From: Octopus sinensis
Taxonomy: Eukaryota
Length of the DNA stretch: 64,000 nt
Direction: 5' to 3'
Assembly: GCF_006345805.1 (NCBI RefSeq)
Contig: NC_043026.1
Span: 1,674,001-1,738,000, forward strand
A model generated the notes under the pieces. It saw nothing but the letters and a program-made list of their open reading frames with translations, was not told where the DNA came from and ran no database searches. The position numbers were made by a program, and so were the translations under genes. Every line of letters starts with the position of its first letter. The stretch's first letter is position 1. Shown here one piece after another: positions 55,201-63,531 of this stretch.

Positions 55201-56762
55201 GAATTAATAATGTCAGCTTCTTGAGGGGATAGACTTGTGAAAGGCAAAGGACTAAGGAAAAACAATGTAAATAAAAAGGGTTGTTTGTAATGAAATGGCT
55301 GCTTGAAGTGTTTGCTTGATTTGTTAGAAATAACAGTGAAATCATCATCAAATCAAATTGCACCTCCTGCTGCTTTAGAAAATGGAAACATACATTGGAT
55401 ATACTATGTTTGAATTCAAGGCAAGATGGTCCCATGTGGAATGTCTTAGAGTGTGAGTATATCTTTGTGAAGGCTGGGAGGCCATTTAAATGGATTTGTC
55501 AAGCCATCATGCCTCTGTAATAGAATAAACACACAAAGACACACATACCCATATATACACATAGCTACAAACATACATACACATGCTCTCACACAAATAT
55601 GCTCACGGACACATACACACATATATACCCATGTGCAAACACACACACACACCTACACCTGCTCATGTGTTCCATGACCCATACACATAGGGACACATTC
55701 CTACATATACATACACATTTACATTTACACTGTGCTCCCTAAGCACACACACATAACTGCACATACACATATGCCTGCATATACACGCACCTGCATATAC
55801 ACATACACAACAACTGGCACTCCATCAGTTACATCAATGAGGGTTCCAGTTGATCGGATCAACGGAACAGCCTCCTTGTGAAATTAATGTGCAAGCGGCT
55901 GAGCACTCCACAGACACTTGTACCTTTAATGTAATTCTAAGGGAGATTCAGTGTGACACAGAATGCCACAAGGCCAGCCCAGTGAATTACAGGTACTACT
56001 CATTTTTGCCAGCTGAGTGGACTGGAGCAACGTGAAATAAAGTGTCTTGCCCAAGGACACAACATGTTGCTGAGAATTGAACTCACAACCTAATGATCAT
56101 GAGCTAAATACCCTAACCACTAAGCCATGTGCCTTCAATACATAAATACATATATACATTCATACATACAAACACACAAGTCTGCATGTAGACGTATATA
56201 CTCACACACACACACATAAATGTGCATAACAGAAGCAGAAAGCAAAGACTCACACAATAATATCCCAAAATGTCTACATACCAATCGTAGTTTGCTCCAT
56301 GGGGTAAGCTGCTGAGAACGAGTCCAATCACCTCTGCACACTTCACACCCAATGATAAGAGACCCATAAGGGCTTCAACTGCAAGGGGACATTCCCTTTT
56401 AAAAAAAAGACAACAAAGATTATATATATGAATCAACATTGGAAATGGCCAAACACCAGCGACACGGTTGAAACTCAAAATACCAAGGAGTTTTGATCCC
56501 TACATGTAACTCCCAATAAATGTGCTGAGTGCCCTTCTTTCATTTGTCTACTAACTTATTTATATATATATATATATGTATATGATTGATCGTTAGCCTC
56601 TACACACATTTATTTTCTCTCCTTGTTTTTTCTGTGTCCCTTTCTGTAGAAGAGCATAGGCTTGAAACGTAAAAGAATTTTTCTATTCCCGAGCTTTATA
56701 CTTATACATCTGTTTGTTTTGTACACCACCTGTGTTCGTCTTTTGTTTTTATCGTAAATTCT

Positions 56763-56816
<54 letters not shown>

Positions 56817-59800
56817 TAATACCTTGATTGATATAAGAGTTAATTTGTTCCTAGAGACCACTCGTAAAGCAGAGCAATAATTTCCCATAGTAGCAATGTT
56901 CTAAATCATAATTCATTCCCAGAAAAATCTTTTACCTAAAAAATTCATAATACTCATAAATAAATGGCAATAAAACAACAGGAGAATGTCAAGAATATTT
57001 TATGTAAAGTAAAAAGAATGTCCAGATCATTCATAAGGAAAAATATTATTATTCTAATCATTTTCTGAATCACTTTCACTCATTCTAGACCCACGCACAC
57101 CATCACTTGTAGACCTGATCACCAATTCATAGGTGGACTTGTAGATTTCTTTTTTAAAAAACAAGCCTAGAGTTGTTTGCTTAGAAGAAGCTTTTTTTTC
57201 GCTCTCCATAAATTTCTCAGTAACATGCAGAAGCAGTTGTTATGGTAGGAGAAACTTTTGCATTTTATTCAAAATTTGGATCTTCTCTTTGAAAAATTTA
57301 TTATAAAATAAAACTTGTAAACCTGGGGGCCTTGCAAATCAGGTCCTCGTAAAGTGAAGCATAATCGTATGTGTGTATGTATGTGTGTATGTATGTATGT
57401 GTGTGTGTGTGTGTGTATATATATAATCTTCATTTAACATCTGTTTTCCATGTTGGCATGGGTTGGACGGTTTGACAGGAGCTGACTAGCTGAAGGGCTG
57501 TTCAGGCTCCTTGTCTGTTTTGGCATGGCTTCTACAGCTATATATGTGGATCGATGCCGATGTCTGCATAAAGGAGTGCTGATCTCTCAAAGTGAAGGAA
57601 ACTGAGGGAAGAGGGAAACCTAGGAAGACATGGGACAATGTACTGAAGGATGACCTCAGGATGCTGAACCTTTCAGACAAGATGACAAAGGTCCGAGATA
57701 CCAGGAACTTTGCTGTACTCAACGGCAGAAGTGTTAAGGCCAACCCCTGGTGAAGAGGATTGGCCTGTAAGTGTCCAGTGTTGGTGACATGTAAAAGTGC
57801 TCATGCCAGCGCCACATTAAATGCGCTCAGCACACTGTGAAGTGGTTGGTGTTAGGAAGGGCATCCAGTCATAGAAAACCCTGCTAAATCAGACTGGAAC
57901 TTGGTGTAGCTCTCTGGTCAAACCGTCCAACCCATGCTAGCATGGAAAAAGGACATTAAAGGATGATAATGATGAATAGATAGGGACAAACAATCCACGC
58001 AGGTACCATAAAAGCACTCAGTTATAATCAGGGTTCTGGCAAACCACATTGAGTTGTAAGGAGTACCTAGAATAACTCAAGGGGATCAATCCCACAGTAA
58101 TTCATCCAATGAGTAAATCCTGGGTAGGCTTTGCTGGATTACTGAGTGGATATCCAAGAAAACAGAGATTAGGATATCTGCATATTTTTTATTTTTGCAG
58201 TCATTTGCACAGCATATTTCATTTAAATTTGTCTGACGCACATTTCTGTTGCATAGAAAACCCACAATTGCATTTGCATCCAGCTATTTCCAGCTGGTTA
58301 GTAGTCTATGCAACTTTATATAAGTAAAACACAAAAATATTTTGTTGCGTGTCGGGAGAGCCATTTCGCCACCAGCATTAACAACAGGCACTCGTTTAGC
58401 TCCAATCCTTTATTATTAGTCAATATCCAATTAACCAATCGAACTGTTTGCTTCATTTGCAAACCAGATACAAAAATAAATATTCAAATAAACTAAAACA
58501 AAGAGGTGCGGACATGAGTGTGTGGTAAGAGGGTTGATTTCCAACCATCTGGTTTCAGGTTCAGTCCCACTGCGCAGCACTTTAGGCAAGTAGAAATAGT
58601 AGGAGTACTGTTAGTGGTAAATGAAAAAAATAATGAAGAAAGAGTAATGTACAAACCTGATGACTTCTTTGAAACAAGTTATAGCAGGACGGTCCATATT
58701 GGACTGTTTGTAGAGGTGGGCGAGGGCCAGGTTGATTTTGGCATTTCTCTTCTTTGCTATGACACCTTCCAGCTGGGAATGATGAAAAACAAATGGCATG
58801 TGTATATGCATATATACATACATATATGTGTGTGTGTGTGAAGTGGCTGGTGTTAGGAAGGGCATCAAGTTATAGAAACCATGCAAAAACAGACATAGCA
58901 ACTTGACACAGTCCTCTGGTTTCTAGCAAACCCTTCTAACACATGCCAGCATGGAAAGTGGATGTTGAATGGTGATGATATGCATGTACATAAGTGTGTG
59001 CATGTGTATACGTATATGAAGGGGTCAAAGGTCTTTCTCGAGTCATAGGTTATGGATGGGACACTGGTCGGCCACAGGATTAACCATTTTTACCAGCTGA
59101 ATGGATTGAAGCCACATCAAATGAAGTATTTTGCTCAACCACACAATGCATCACCTAGTCTAGGTATTGAAACCGCAATCTTACAATCATGAACGTAACA
59201 TCCTAACTACTAGACCACGTGCTTCTACACACACACACACACACATAGATCTTTTATTTTTGACTTGTCTCAGTCATTAGTCTGCAGTAATGTAGGGTCA
59301 GCACCTTTGAAAGATTTAAGATGAACGAATCAACTCCAGAAGCATTTTTCTTTAAATGTCTTTCTTTCAAAAACTGTAAAGTTATGGGGAGGTAAACACA
59401 CCAACACCGGCTGCCAAGCGGTGATGGGGGGGGCAAACACACACACAAACATCATCATCATCGTTTAACGTCCGTTTTCCGTGCTAGCATGGGTTGGACG
59501 GTTCAACTGGGGTCTGGGAAGCCAGGAGGCTGCACCAGGCTCCAGTCTGATCTGGCAGTGTTTCTACAGCTGGATGCCCTTCCTAATGCCAACCACTCCG
59601 CGAGTGTAGTGGGTGCTTTTTACGTGCCAGGGGAGTCTGGCAGCGGCCACGATCGGTTGGTGCTTTTAACGTGCCACCTGCACGGAAGCCAGTCAAGGTG
59701 GCGCTGGCTTCGGCAACGCTCGGATGGTGCTTTTTATATGATATATATATATACACAACGGACTTCTTTCAGTTTCCATTTATCAAATCCACTCACAAAG

Positions 59801-60206
59801 CTTTGATTGGCTCAAGGCTATAATAGAGGGCTATATATCTACCTTCTCTATAATGTTGCCACTTGATTGGAAAATTTTTGTATTAATGGAAAACCTCTAT
59901 AATTGGCTGATGAGTATTCAGCATCTTAAATCTGTTGTAATACTTACAACATTTAATAAAATGATGTAGTACGAAACGATCGTACCAAATTACCAGAGTC
60001 ATTCTTGTTGCTTATTTTGATTATATATATATACACACACACAAAGGCGCAGACGTAGCTATGTGGTAAGAAGCATGCTTCCTAACCACATGGTTCCAGG
60101 TTCAGTGCCACTGTGTGACACCATGGGCAAGTGTCTCTTACTATAACCTTCGGGCTTACCAAAGCCTTGTGAATGGACATGGTAGATAGAAAGTGAAAGA
60201 AGCCTG

Positions 60207-60265
<59 letters not shown>

Positions 60266-61705
60266 TGTATGTATATATCTGTGTTTGTCTCTCCATCACC
60301 ACTTGACAACAGGTGCTCCATAACTTAGTGGTTCAGCAAAATAGACCGATAGGTTTAACATATAAGTCCTTGGGTTGATTTGTTCAACTTAAAGCTCTTG
60401 AAGGCGGTGCTCCAGCATGACCGCAGTCAAATGTCTGAGACAAGTAAACTAATAAAAGGATCTATGTCTACACACAATCTTACAAAACACTATGTTCTGA
60501 TAAATTTTGATAAGAAAAAGAAGAAAATGGCCGGAGCTGAAACATCTTTAATCTTAGGTTTGCTGGACCGGGAATTACTAAACAACGCCAATGGTCAATG
60601 ACGATGCTTCTTTGTTGTCACTTAGCCTCCTAGGAACAGCAGCTAAATCTCCCTTAAACCATAACAGAGCAACTGTCTTAGAAAATAACAAACAAAAGTA
60701 AACATTGGATAATGTTCATCCTAGATACACTATTCCGCTGGATCAGGATTACGATGGGACTTCATAATAATAAAGGACATATTAGATAATGTAGTCCTAG
60801 GTAGCCAATACCTAAACAAAAGGTATGGTTACAGCTGGGACACCTTTGTTCATAGGGCTGTTGCATGGGGATTTACAACAACAACAAAATATACATTAGA
60901 TAATGTAGTCCTAGCCACAGTCTACCCAAACAAAAGAAGAGATGGTCACACGTGGGACGGCCTTGTTTGTAGGTCTGTTGGATGAAAACCAACATGAGGC
61001 TAAATGACAACAAAGAAAGAACATCAGACCTAGAAGCATTTCACTGTGAAATACTATTTTTGTCTTTGGGCAACAACTGTTATTTGCTTACTCATAGAAA
61101 GTAAGGAAAATGGCTAAGATCTCCCTCAAACTTTTGCTTTTGTTACATTTATTCAAACTCTAAAGAATCCCTCTCAACACATGGCTATCATGCTCCACCA
61201 CTACTCCTGCTCATCATCAGAAATGCATATATTGTCAGCCACTAAGAGACATTGCTTGAGGGGTTAAGATCAAGCAACTGACCAGCAAATCTGTGGTATT
61301 GAGCAGAAGATTTGCCATAACGATATTTCTGCTTCAGCAACTCAGTACTGAATCAGTCTGAAATGTAATGGAAAATAGGTCAGCTTCAAAACATTGATGT
61401 CCAGGTGACAAAAGTCTGAAGGGAACAGGGGTCATTTCCTTTGATCTCTAGATAGAAGCAAACAGGAAATAACACTTACTGACCAAACACACAAAAATCT
61501 TAAAATTTTGTTATACAATGTTTTGCCAATAAAAGACGGAGCCCTTCACAGCTGGAATAACTCTGTTCATATGTGTGACCAGGGGTAAACAACAAGACGA
61601 CAGAAACCAGCTCATACTTACCACATTGATAGCTTCTTTGTACTGTTTTAACTGGCAGTGACACAGGTGGATCTTGTACTTAACCTCAACTTCTGAGGTG
61701 ATTTC
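22508..61705 (-). CDS. ANAPC7: Anaphase-promoting complex subunit 7 (TPR protein), 3' 14 coding exons; 5' part outside the window
   Basis: join(61622-61705, 58657-58772, 56282-56395, 53021-53108, 51201-51296, 47121-47209, 44542-44668, 42939-43080, 35133-35233, 32736-32780, 30977-31089, 26319-26435, 24801-24936, 22508-22564). All introns are GT-AG and phases are consistent, giving 1425 nt = 474 aa + stop. Collinear similarity to recalled human APC7 (SEIEVKYK, KINMMLANLYK, CPLALDAILGLLSL, EPWVV, GLIECYLAS, LGDFL, DMEGS, DLEGSD). Confidence 0.96.
24801..24936 (-). CDS. ANAPC7: ANAPC7 exon ([18 protein letters not shown]...[13 protein letters not shown])
   Basis: Acceptor ctccctcaaaAG, donor GTAAGA, phase 2 to 0. 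Confidence 0.93.
25121..25520. mobile_element. 400-bp element with 58-bp inverted termini carrying a hammerhead
   Basis: 25121-25178 and 25463-25520 are inverted repeats with 4 mismatches. The right end abuts (TA)n. Confidence 0.8.
25318..25360 (+). ncRNA. Minimal type I hammerhead ribozyme
   Basis: Stem I TCCAGA/TCTGGA, CTGATGA (25324-25330), stem II CGAG/CTCG with a 6-nt loop, GAAA, palindromic stem III ACATGT, cleavage triplet GUC (C25354). Confidence 0.8.
25700..25990 (-). mobile_element. Non-autonomous Helitron-like ends (related block at 39190-39460)
   Basis: The ~260-bp block is shared with 39190-39460 and ends in TTTTATATA. It is followed by ACTAGCAGAGACACCTGGC, which matches the CTAG terminus at 36620. 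Confidence 0.5.
26319..26435 (-). CDS. ANAPC7: ANAPC7 exon ([38 protein letters not shown])
   Basis: Acceptor cccaacAG, donor GTAAAC, phase 2-2. Confidence 0.94.
28056..28517. mobile_element. Head-to-head palindromic dimer of a tRNA-headed SINE, inserted as one unit
   Basis: Arms of ~215 bp are centred near 28302. A-box TGGCATAGTGG (28304) and B-box GTTCGATTCC (28349). The direct repeat TACAGCAACATTG flanks it (28043-28055, 28518-28530) inside a family-A SINE. Confidence 0.88.
28426..28471 (+). ncRNA. Small hammerhead-like motif in the SINE tail (mirror copy 28124-28169, minus)
   Basis: GGCAC-CTGATGA-T-GGCTGG agggtata CCAGCC-GAAA-TG-TT-GTGTT. The two arms read GAAATGTT and GAAACATT, both one CpG transition from GAAACGTT. 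Confidence 0.55.
30169..30440 (+). mobile_element. Helitron PIF1-like helicase C-terminal remnant
   Basis: [51 protein letters not shown]. Confidence 0.92.
30977..31089 (-). CDS. ANAPC7: ANAPC7 exon ([37 protein letters not shown])
   Basis: Acceptor cttttttcAG, donor GTGAGT, phase 0 to 2. Confidence 0.95.
32497..32708. repeat. 212-bp near-perfect foldback in an ANAPC7 intron
   Basis: Arms of ~103 bp with a handful of mismatches and a 6-nt loop CCATCT. Ends 27 nt from the donor of the 45-nt exon. Confidence 0.95.
32608..32670 (+). ncRNA. Hammerhead-like motif, U4C variant (mirror 32535-32597, minus)
   Basis: Stem I AGATAA/TTATCT, CCGAAGA, stem II GATG/CATC with an inner GTGG/CCAC hairpin, an extra nt, GAAA, stem III ACT-cct-AGT, and UH = UU. 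Confidence 0.55.
32736..32780 (-). CDS. ANAPC7: ANAPC7 45-nt exon ([15 protein letters not shown])
   Basis: Acceptor ctccctacaAG, donor GTAAGT, phase 0-0. Aligns to human LLATVCLEDPVTQEK. Confidence 0.9.
33661..34760 (-). mobile_element. Helitron helicase remnant with degenerate 3' end
   Basis: [12 protein letters not shown]...[11 protein letters not shown]...[21 protein letters not shown], and [22 protein letters not shown]...[26 protein letters not shown] hairpin-like terminus lies at ~33670. Confidence 0.93.
35133..35233 (-). CDS. ANAPC7: ANAPC7 exon ([34 protein letters not shown])
   Basis: Acceptor tatctttcAG, donor GTAAGT, phase 1 to 0. Confidence 0.95.
36620..37953 (-). mobile_element. 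Non-autonomous Helitron (~1.33 kb)
   Basis: On the minus strand it starts TC(TATATA) at 37953 and ends with GGGCAACGCCAGG...CTAG at 36620, inserted between A and T. Confidence 0.75.
40262..40434. repeat. Perfect 51-bp-arm palindrome with 27-bp outer arms
   Basis: 40288-40338 and 40341-40391 are perfect with a 2-nt loop. Outer arms 40262-40288 and 40408-40434 have 1 mismatch. A 16-nt extra segment sits on the right side. Confidence 0.97.
41026..41334 (+). repeat. 58-bp minisatellite, 5.3 copies
   Basis: Unit ACCAGAAGAGGAATGCAAGTGGTCCTACAAAGGAATGGAGCC(G/C)TCACCCCATTGGACA, stop-free in all three plus frames. Confidence 0.95.
41500..42415 (+). mobile_element. LINE (CR1/L2-like) 5' remnant: ORF1 CCCH finger and APE endonuclease
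   Basis: [24 protein letters not shown], then [41 protein letters not shown] and [16 protein letters not shown]. Confidence 0.8.
42939..43080 (-). CDS. ANAPC7: ANAPC7 exon ([47 protein letters not shown])
   Basis: Acceptor tatcctttAG, donor GTAAAT, phase 0 to 1. Confidence 0.95.
43171..43935 (-). mobile_element. Four head-to-tail copies of tRNA-derived SINE family C
   Basis: Recurring GGCACAAGGCC...GACCCC..AAAGGATGAAAGGCAAAGTC...ATTTGAACTC units of ~170-210 bp, separated by (AAT/AAC)n. A single opposite-strand copy is at ~52734-52925. Confidence 0.8.
44034..44262. mobile_element. piggyBac-like MITE
   Basis: TTAA at both ends, with TIR CCCTTTAATGTTC versus reverse complement CCCTTTAGTGTTT. 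A related end lies at ~23550. Confidence 0.6.
44542..44668 (-). CDS. ANAPC7: ANAPC7 exon ([42 protein letters not shown])
   Basis: Acceptor tccctttgcAG, donor GTAAGA, phase 2 to 0. Confidence 0.95.
47121..47209 (-). CDS. ANAPC7: ANAPC7 exon ([29 protein letters not shown])
   Basis: Acceptor cttcttacAG, donor GTGAGT, phase 0 to 2. Confidence 0.93.
47290..47995 (+). mobile_element. Degenerate RTE LINE 3' end
   Basis: [12 protein letters not shown]...WLGHMMHMD...[12 protein letters not shown], followed by the UTR and (GAT)n tail. Confidence 0.8.
49081..49485 (-). mobile_element. tRNA-derived SINE family A, best-preserved copy
   Basis: Minus strand has a TGGCTGTGTGGTAAG A-box, a GGTTCAGTCCC B-box, a CORE-like GCATCTTGGGCAAGTG, an internal (TA/TG)n and an AGTAAAAGAGTA tail. 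About 20 further copies or fragments (e.g. 23590, 27885, 35350, 42455, 45309, 46525, 60045). Confidence 0.85.
50077..50868 (-). mobile_element. 5'-truncated CR1-like LINE reverse transcriptase nested in a SINE
   Basis: [20 protein letters not shown]...LLFADDVKL...[11 protein letters not shown]...[14 protein letters not shown]. Family-A SINE sequence lies on both sides. Confidence 0.93.
51201..51296 (-). CDS. ANAPC7: ANAPC7 exon ([32 protein letters not shown])
   Basis: Acceptor aattctctAG, donor GTAATC, phase 0-0. Confidence 0.93.
51712..52618 (+). mobile_element. Degenerate RTE LINE 3' end
   Basis: Homologous to 20950-21860, with UTR subrepeats and a (GAT)n tail. Confidence 0.82.
53021..53108 (-). 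CDS. ANAPC7: ANAPC7 exon ([29 protein letters not shown])
   Basis: Acceptor tctgttacAG, donor GTAAGT, phase 2 to 0. Confidence 0.94.
53969..54165. repeat. 26-bp minisatellite (~7.5 copies) inside an RTE 3' UTR copy
   Basis: Unit TTTTTA(C/T)(A/G)TGGCACCCACAAGAGTAC. Confidence 0.93.
55817..56135 (-). mobile_element. tRNA-derived SINE family B
   Basis: Minus-strand head TGGCTTAGTGG...GTTCAATTC. Body shared with 17221-17702. Confidence 0.78.
56282..56395 (-). CDS. ANAPC7: ANAPC7 exon ([38 protein letters not shown])
   Basis: Acceptor tttttaaaAG, donor GTATGT, phase 2-2. Confidence 0.95.
56640..56675 (+). ncRNA. Small hammerhead-like variant (CUGUAGA core)
   Basis: CTTT-CTGTAGA-A-GAGC atag GCTT-GAAA-CG-TA-AAAG, inside a ~190-bp element between (TA)n tracts (56578-56765). 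Confidence 0.45.
58657..58772 (-). CDS. ANAPC7: ANAPC7 exon ([39 protein letters not shown])
   Basis: Acceptor cattcccAG, donor GTTTGT, phase 0 to 2. Confidence 0.95.
59900..59992 (+). ncRNA. Canonical-core type I hammerhead ribozyme with extended stem II
   Basis: Stem I TAAT-TGG/CCA-A-ATTA, CTGATGA (59907-59913), stem II GTAT/GTAC extended by GCATC/GATGT and TGTTGTAA/TTACAACA, GAAA (59973-59976), palindromic stem III ACGATCGT, cleavage triplet GUA (A59984). Confidence 0.88.
61622..61705 (-). CDS. ANAPC7: ANAPC7 exon ([28 protein letters not shown])
   Basis: Acceptor ccttttctAG, donor GTAAGT, phase 0-0. Confidence 0.94.
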
Positions 61706-61857
61706 CTAGAAAAGGAGAGAAACAAATACATTACAAAGCTAATGGAGCGGCAGGAGGAGGAAGATGCAGAGGATATTTAGGGATGAGTGCAGATTGCAGC
61801 TCTCAATATGCTTTCCACATAACAACATATGCAGAGGTTTTAATTACGTGCATACAT

Positions 61858-61913
<56 letters not shown>

Positions 61914-61922
<9 letters not shown>

Positions 61923-62145
61923 TATAGAAGGAGCTTCTACAGGACTAGAACTGTTTCATTCAAGAGAAATCTTCAGGAGCTAGTTAACAAGAATTGTATT
62001 GGCATTTATACATTTAGGCAGGTTTAAAGGGGTGTTGGTGCTAAATGTATAAATGCCAATACAATTCTTGTTAACTAGCTTCCTGAAGATTTCTCTTGAA
62101 TGAAACAGTTCTAGTCCTGTAGAAGCTCCTTCTATATAATAAATT
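61914..62145. repeat. Foldback with 104/105-bp arms identical except one indel; 23-nt spacer
   Basis: 61914-62017 versus 62041-62145. The left end abuts a long (TA)n. Confidence 0.97.
62077..62127 (+). ncRNA. Type I hammerhead motif in the foldback arm (mirror 61932-61981, minus)
   Basis: Stem I AGCTTC/GAAGCT, CTGAAGA, stem II TTC/GAA with a U-U mismatch at 10.1/11.1, GAAA, stem III ACAG/CTGT with an 8-nt loop, and GUA. Confidence 0.65.
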
Positions 62146-62216
62146 AATTTTACTCTGCTATGTATTGAGTACCTTATTTACTGTGGTTAACCCCGAATCA
62201 ACCCGGGACCTACATA

Positions 62217-62257
<41 letters not shown>

Positions 62258-62529
62258 GAGTGAGTGGATAAATGAAAGAAAGTGTCACTCAACACATTTG
62301 GGAGGATTTACATATATTATTGAAATAACAGATTGATTCAACTCCATGCAACCTAAAGTTTCTTTCATAGGCAAAGCAAACAAAGCAAACAGATGATCCT
62401 CAGAAACCAAATTGCATGGAATTGAAGCAAACTGTTCTTAAATAATATATATATATATATATGGATACAAACACACACAGACACACATATATATATATAC
62501 ATAGACACACACACATATATATATATATA

Positions 62530-63292
62530 CATCATCATCATCGTTGAACGTCCGTTCTCCATGCCAGCATGGGTTGGACGGTTCAACCAGGGACTGGGAA
62601 GCCAGGAGGATGCACCAGGCTCTAGTCTGATCTGGCAGTGTTTCTACAGCTGGATGCCCTTCCTATTGCCAACCACTCCATGAGTGTAGTGGGTGCTTTT
62701 TACGTGCCACCGGCATGGAAGCCAGCCATACAGATGGTGCCTTTTACGTGCCACTGGCATGGAAGCCAGCCATACAGATGGTGCCTTTTACGTGCCAGGG
62801 GAGGCTGGCAACGGCCACGATCAGTTGGTGCTTTTTACTGGCACGGAAGCTAGTCAAGGTGGCACTGGCATCAGCCACGTCTGGATGGTGCATCTTACAT
62901 GCCACCAGCACAGGGATCACAACTACTATTTCCATTTGATTTTTTGATGTTGATGGTGATGGACTTCACTTAATAGGTCTCCTCAAGCACAGCAGGTCGC
63001 CCTACGATCCAAGGTAAGTACAGCAGGCCGTCCTGCAATCCAAGGAACTTTGGAAGGGCTGGGGCTTCTATGTGAAGCTGGTGCAGGAAACAGCCATGAA
63101 TTCACATTATTTGTCGGGTCTTCGCAGTCACAACATATCTCCAGAGGTCTCGGTCTTTTGTCATTGCCTCTGTAAGACCCAATGTTCGAAGGTCATGCTT
63201 GACCACCTCATCCCATGTCTTCCTAGGTCTACCTCTACCCCGGATTCCTTCAACTGTTTAGGAGTGGCACTTCTTCACACATCTCTCCTCAT
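62530..63292 (-). mobile_element. RTE LINE 3' end
   Basis: Reverse complement of the ORF2 tail, UTR (with 31-bp and 44-bp internal duplications) and (GAT)n. Confidence 0.85.
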
Positions 63293-63346
63293 ATATATAT
63301 AACTAAATAAATGGAGTTGAATGCACATGCTGTTCAAATTCTTTTA

Positions 63347-63429
63347 CTTTCGACATATGTTTTGAAGACAACATTAGTTTTATTCCAAAGGAATAAACAG
63401 TGTAAAATACAATCTTCTCATCAGGAAAG
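63347..63429 (-). ncRNA. Type I hammerhead with G12A substitution, in the ANAPC7 sense orientation
   Basis: Minus strand CTTTC-CTGATGA-GAAGA...(inner TTTATTCC/GGAATAAA)...TCTTC-AAAA-CATATG-TC-GAAAG. Every element is canonical except G12 (plus coordinate 63363). Confidence 0.8.
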
Positions 63430-63468
63430 AAAGACAACCTATCTCAACAACAAGACAACCTATCTCAA

Positions 63469-63531
63469 GCAAGGGTGCCTGTCGTACGGTCGTAAAATAC
63501 TCCAATGCGACCGTACGACAGGCACCCTTGC
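63469..63531. repeat. Perfect 24-bp GC-rich inverted repeat with 15-nt spacer
   Basis: GCAAGGGTGCCTGTCGTACGGTCG / CGACCGTACGACAGGCACCCTTGC. Confidence 0.97.

Noticed and set aside
6528-62586. Numerous 60-130-aa ORFs rich in Y, I, C, V, M, H, T
   Set aside because: Translations of (TA)n, (CA)n, (TATG)n microsatellites and SINE/LINE UTRs.
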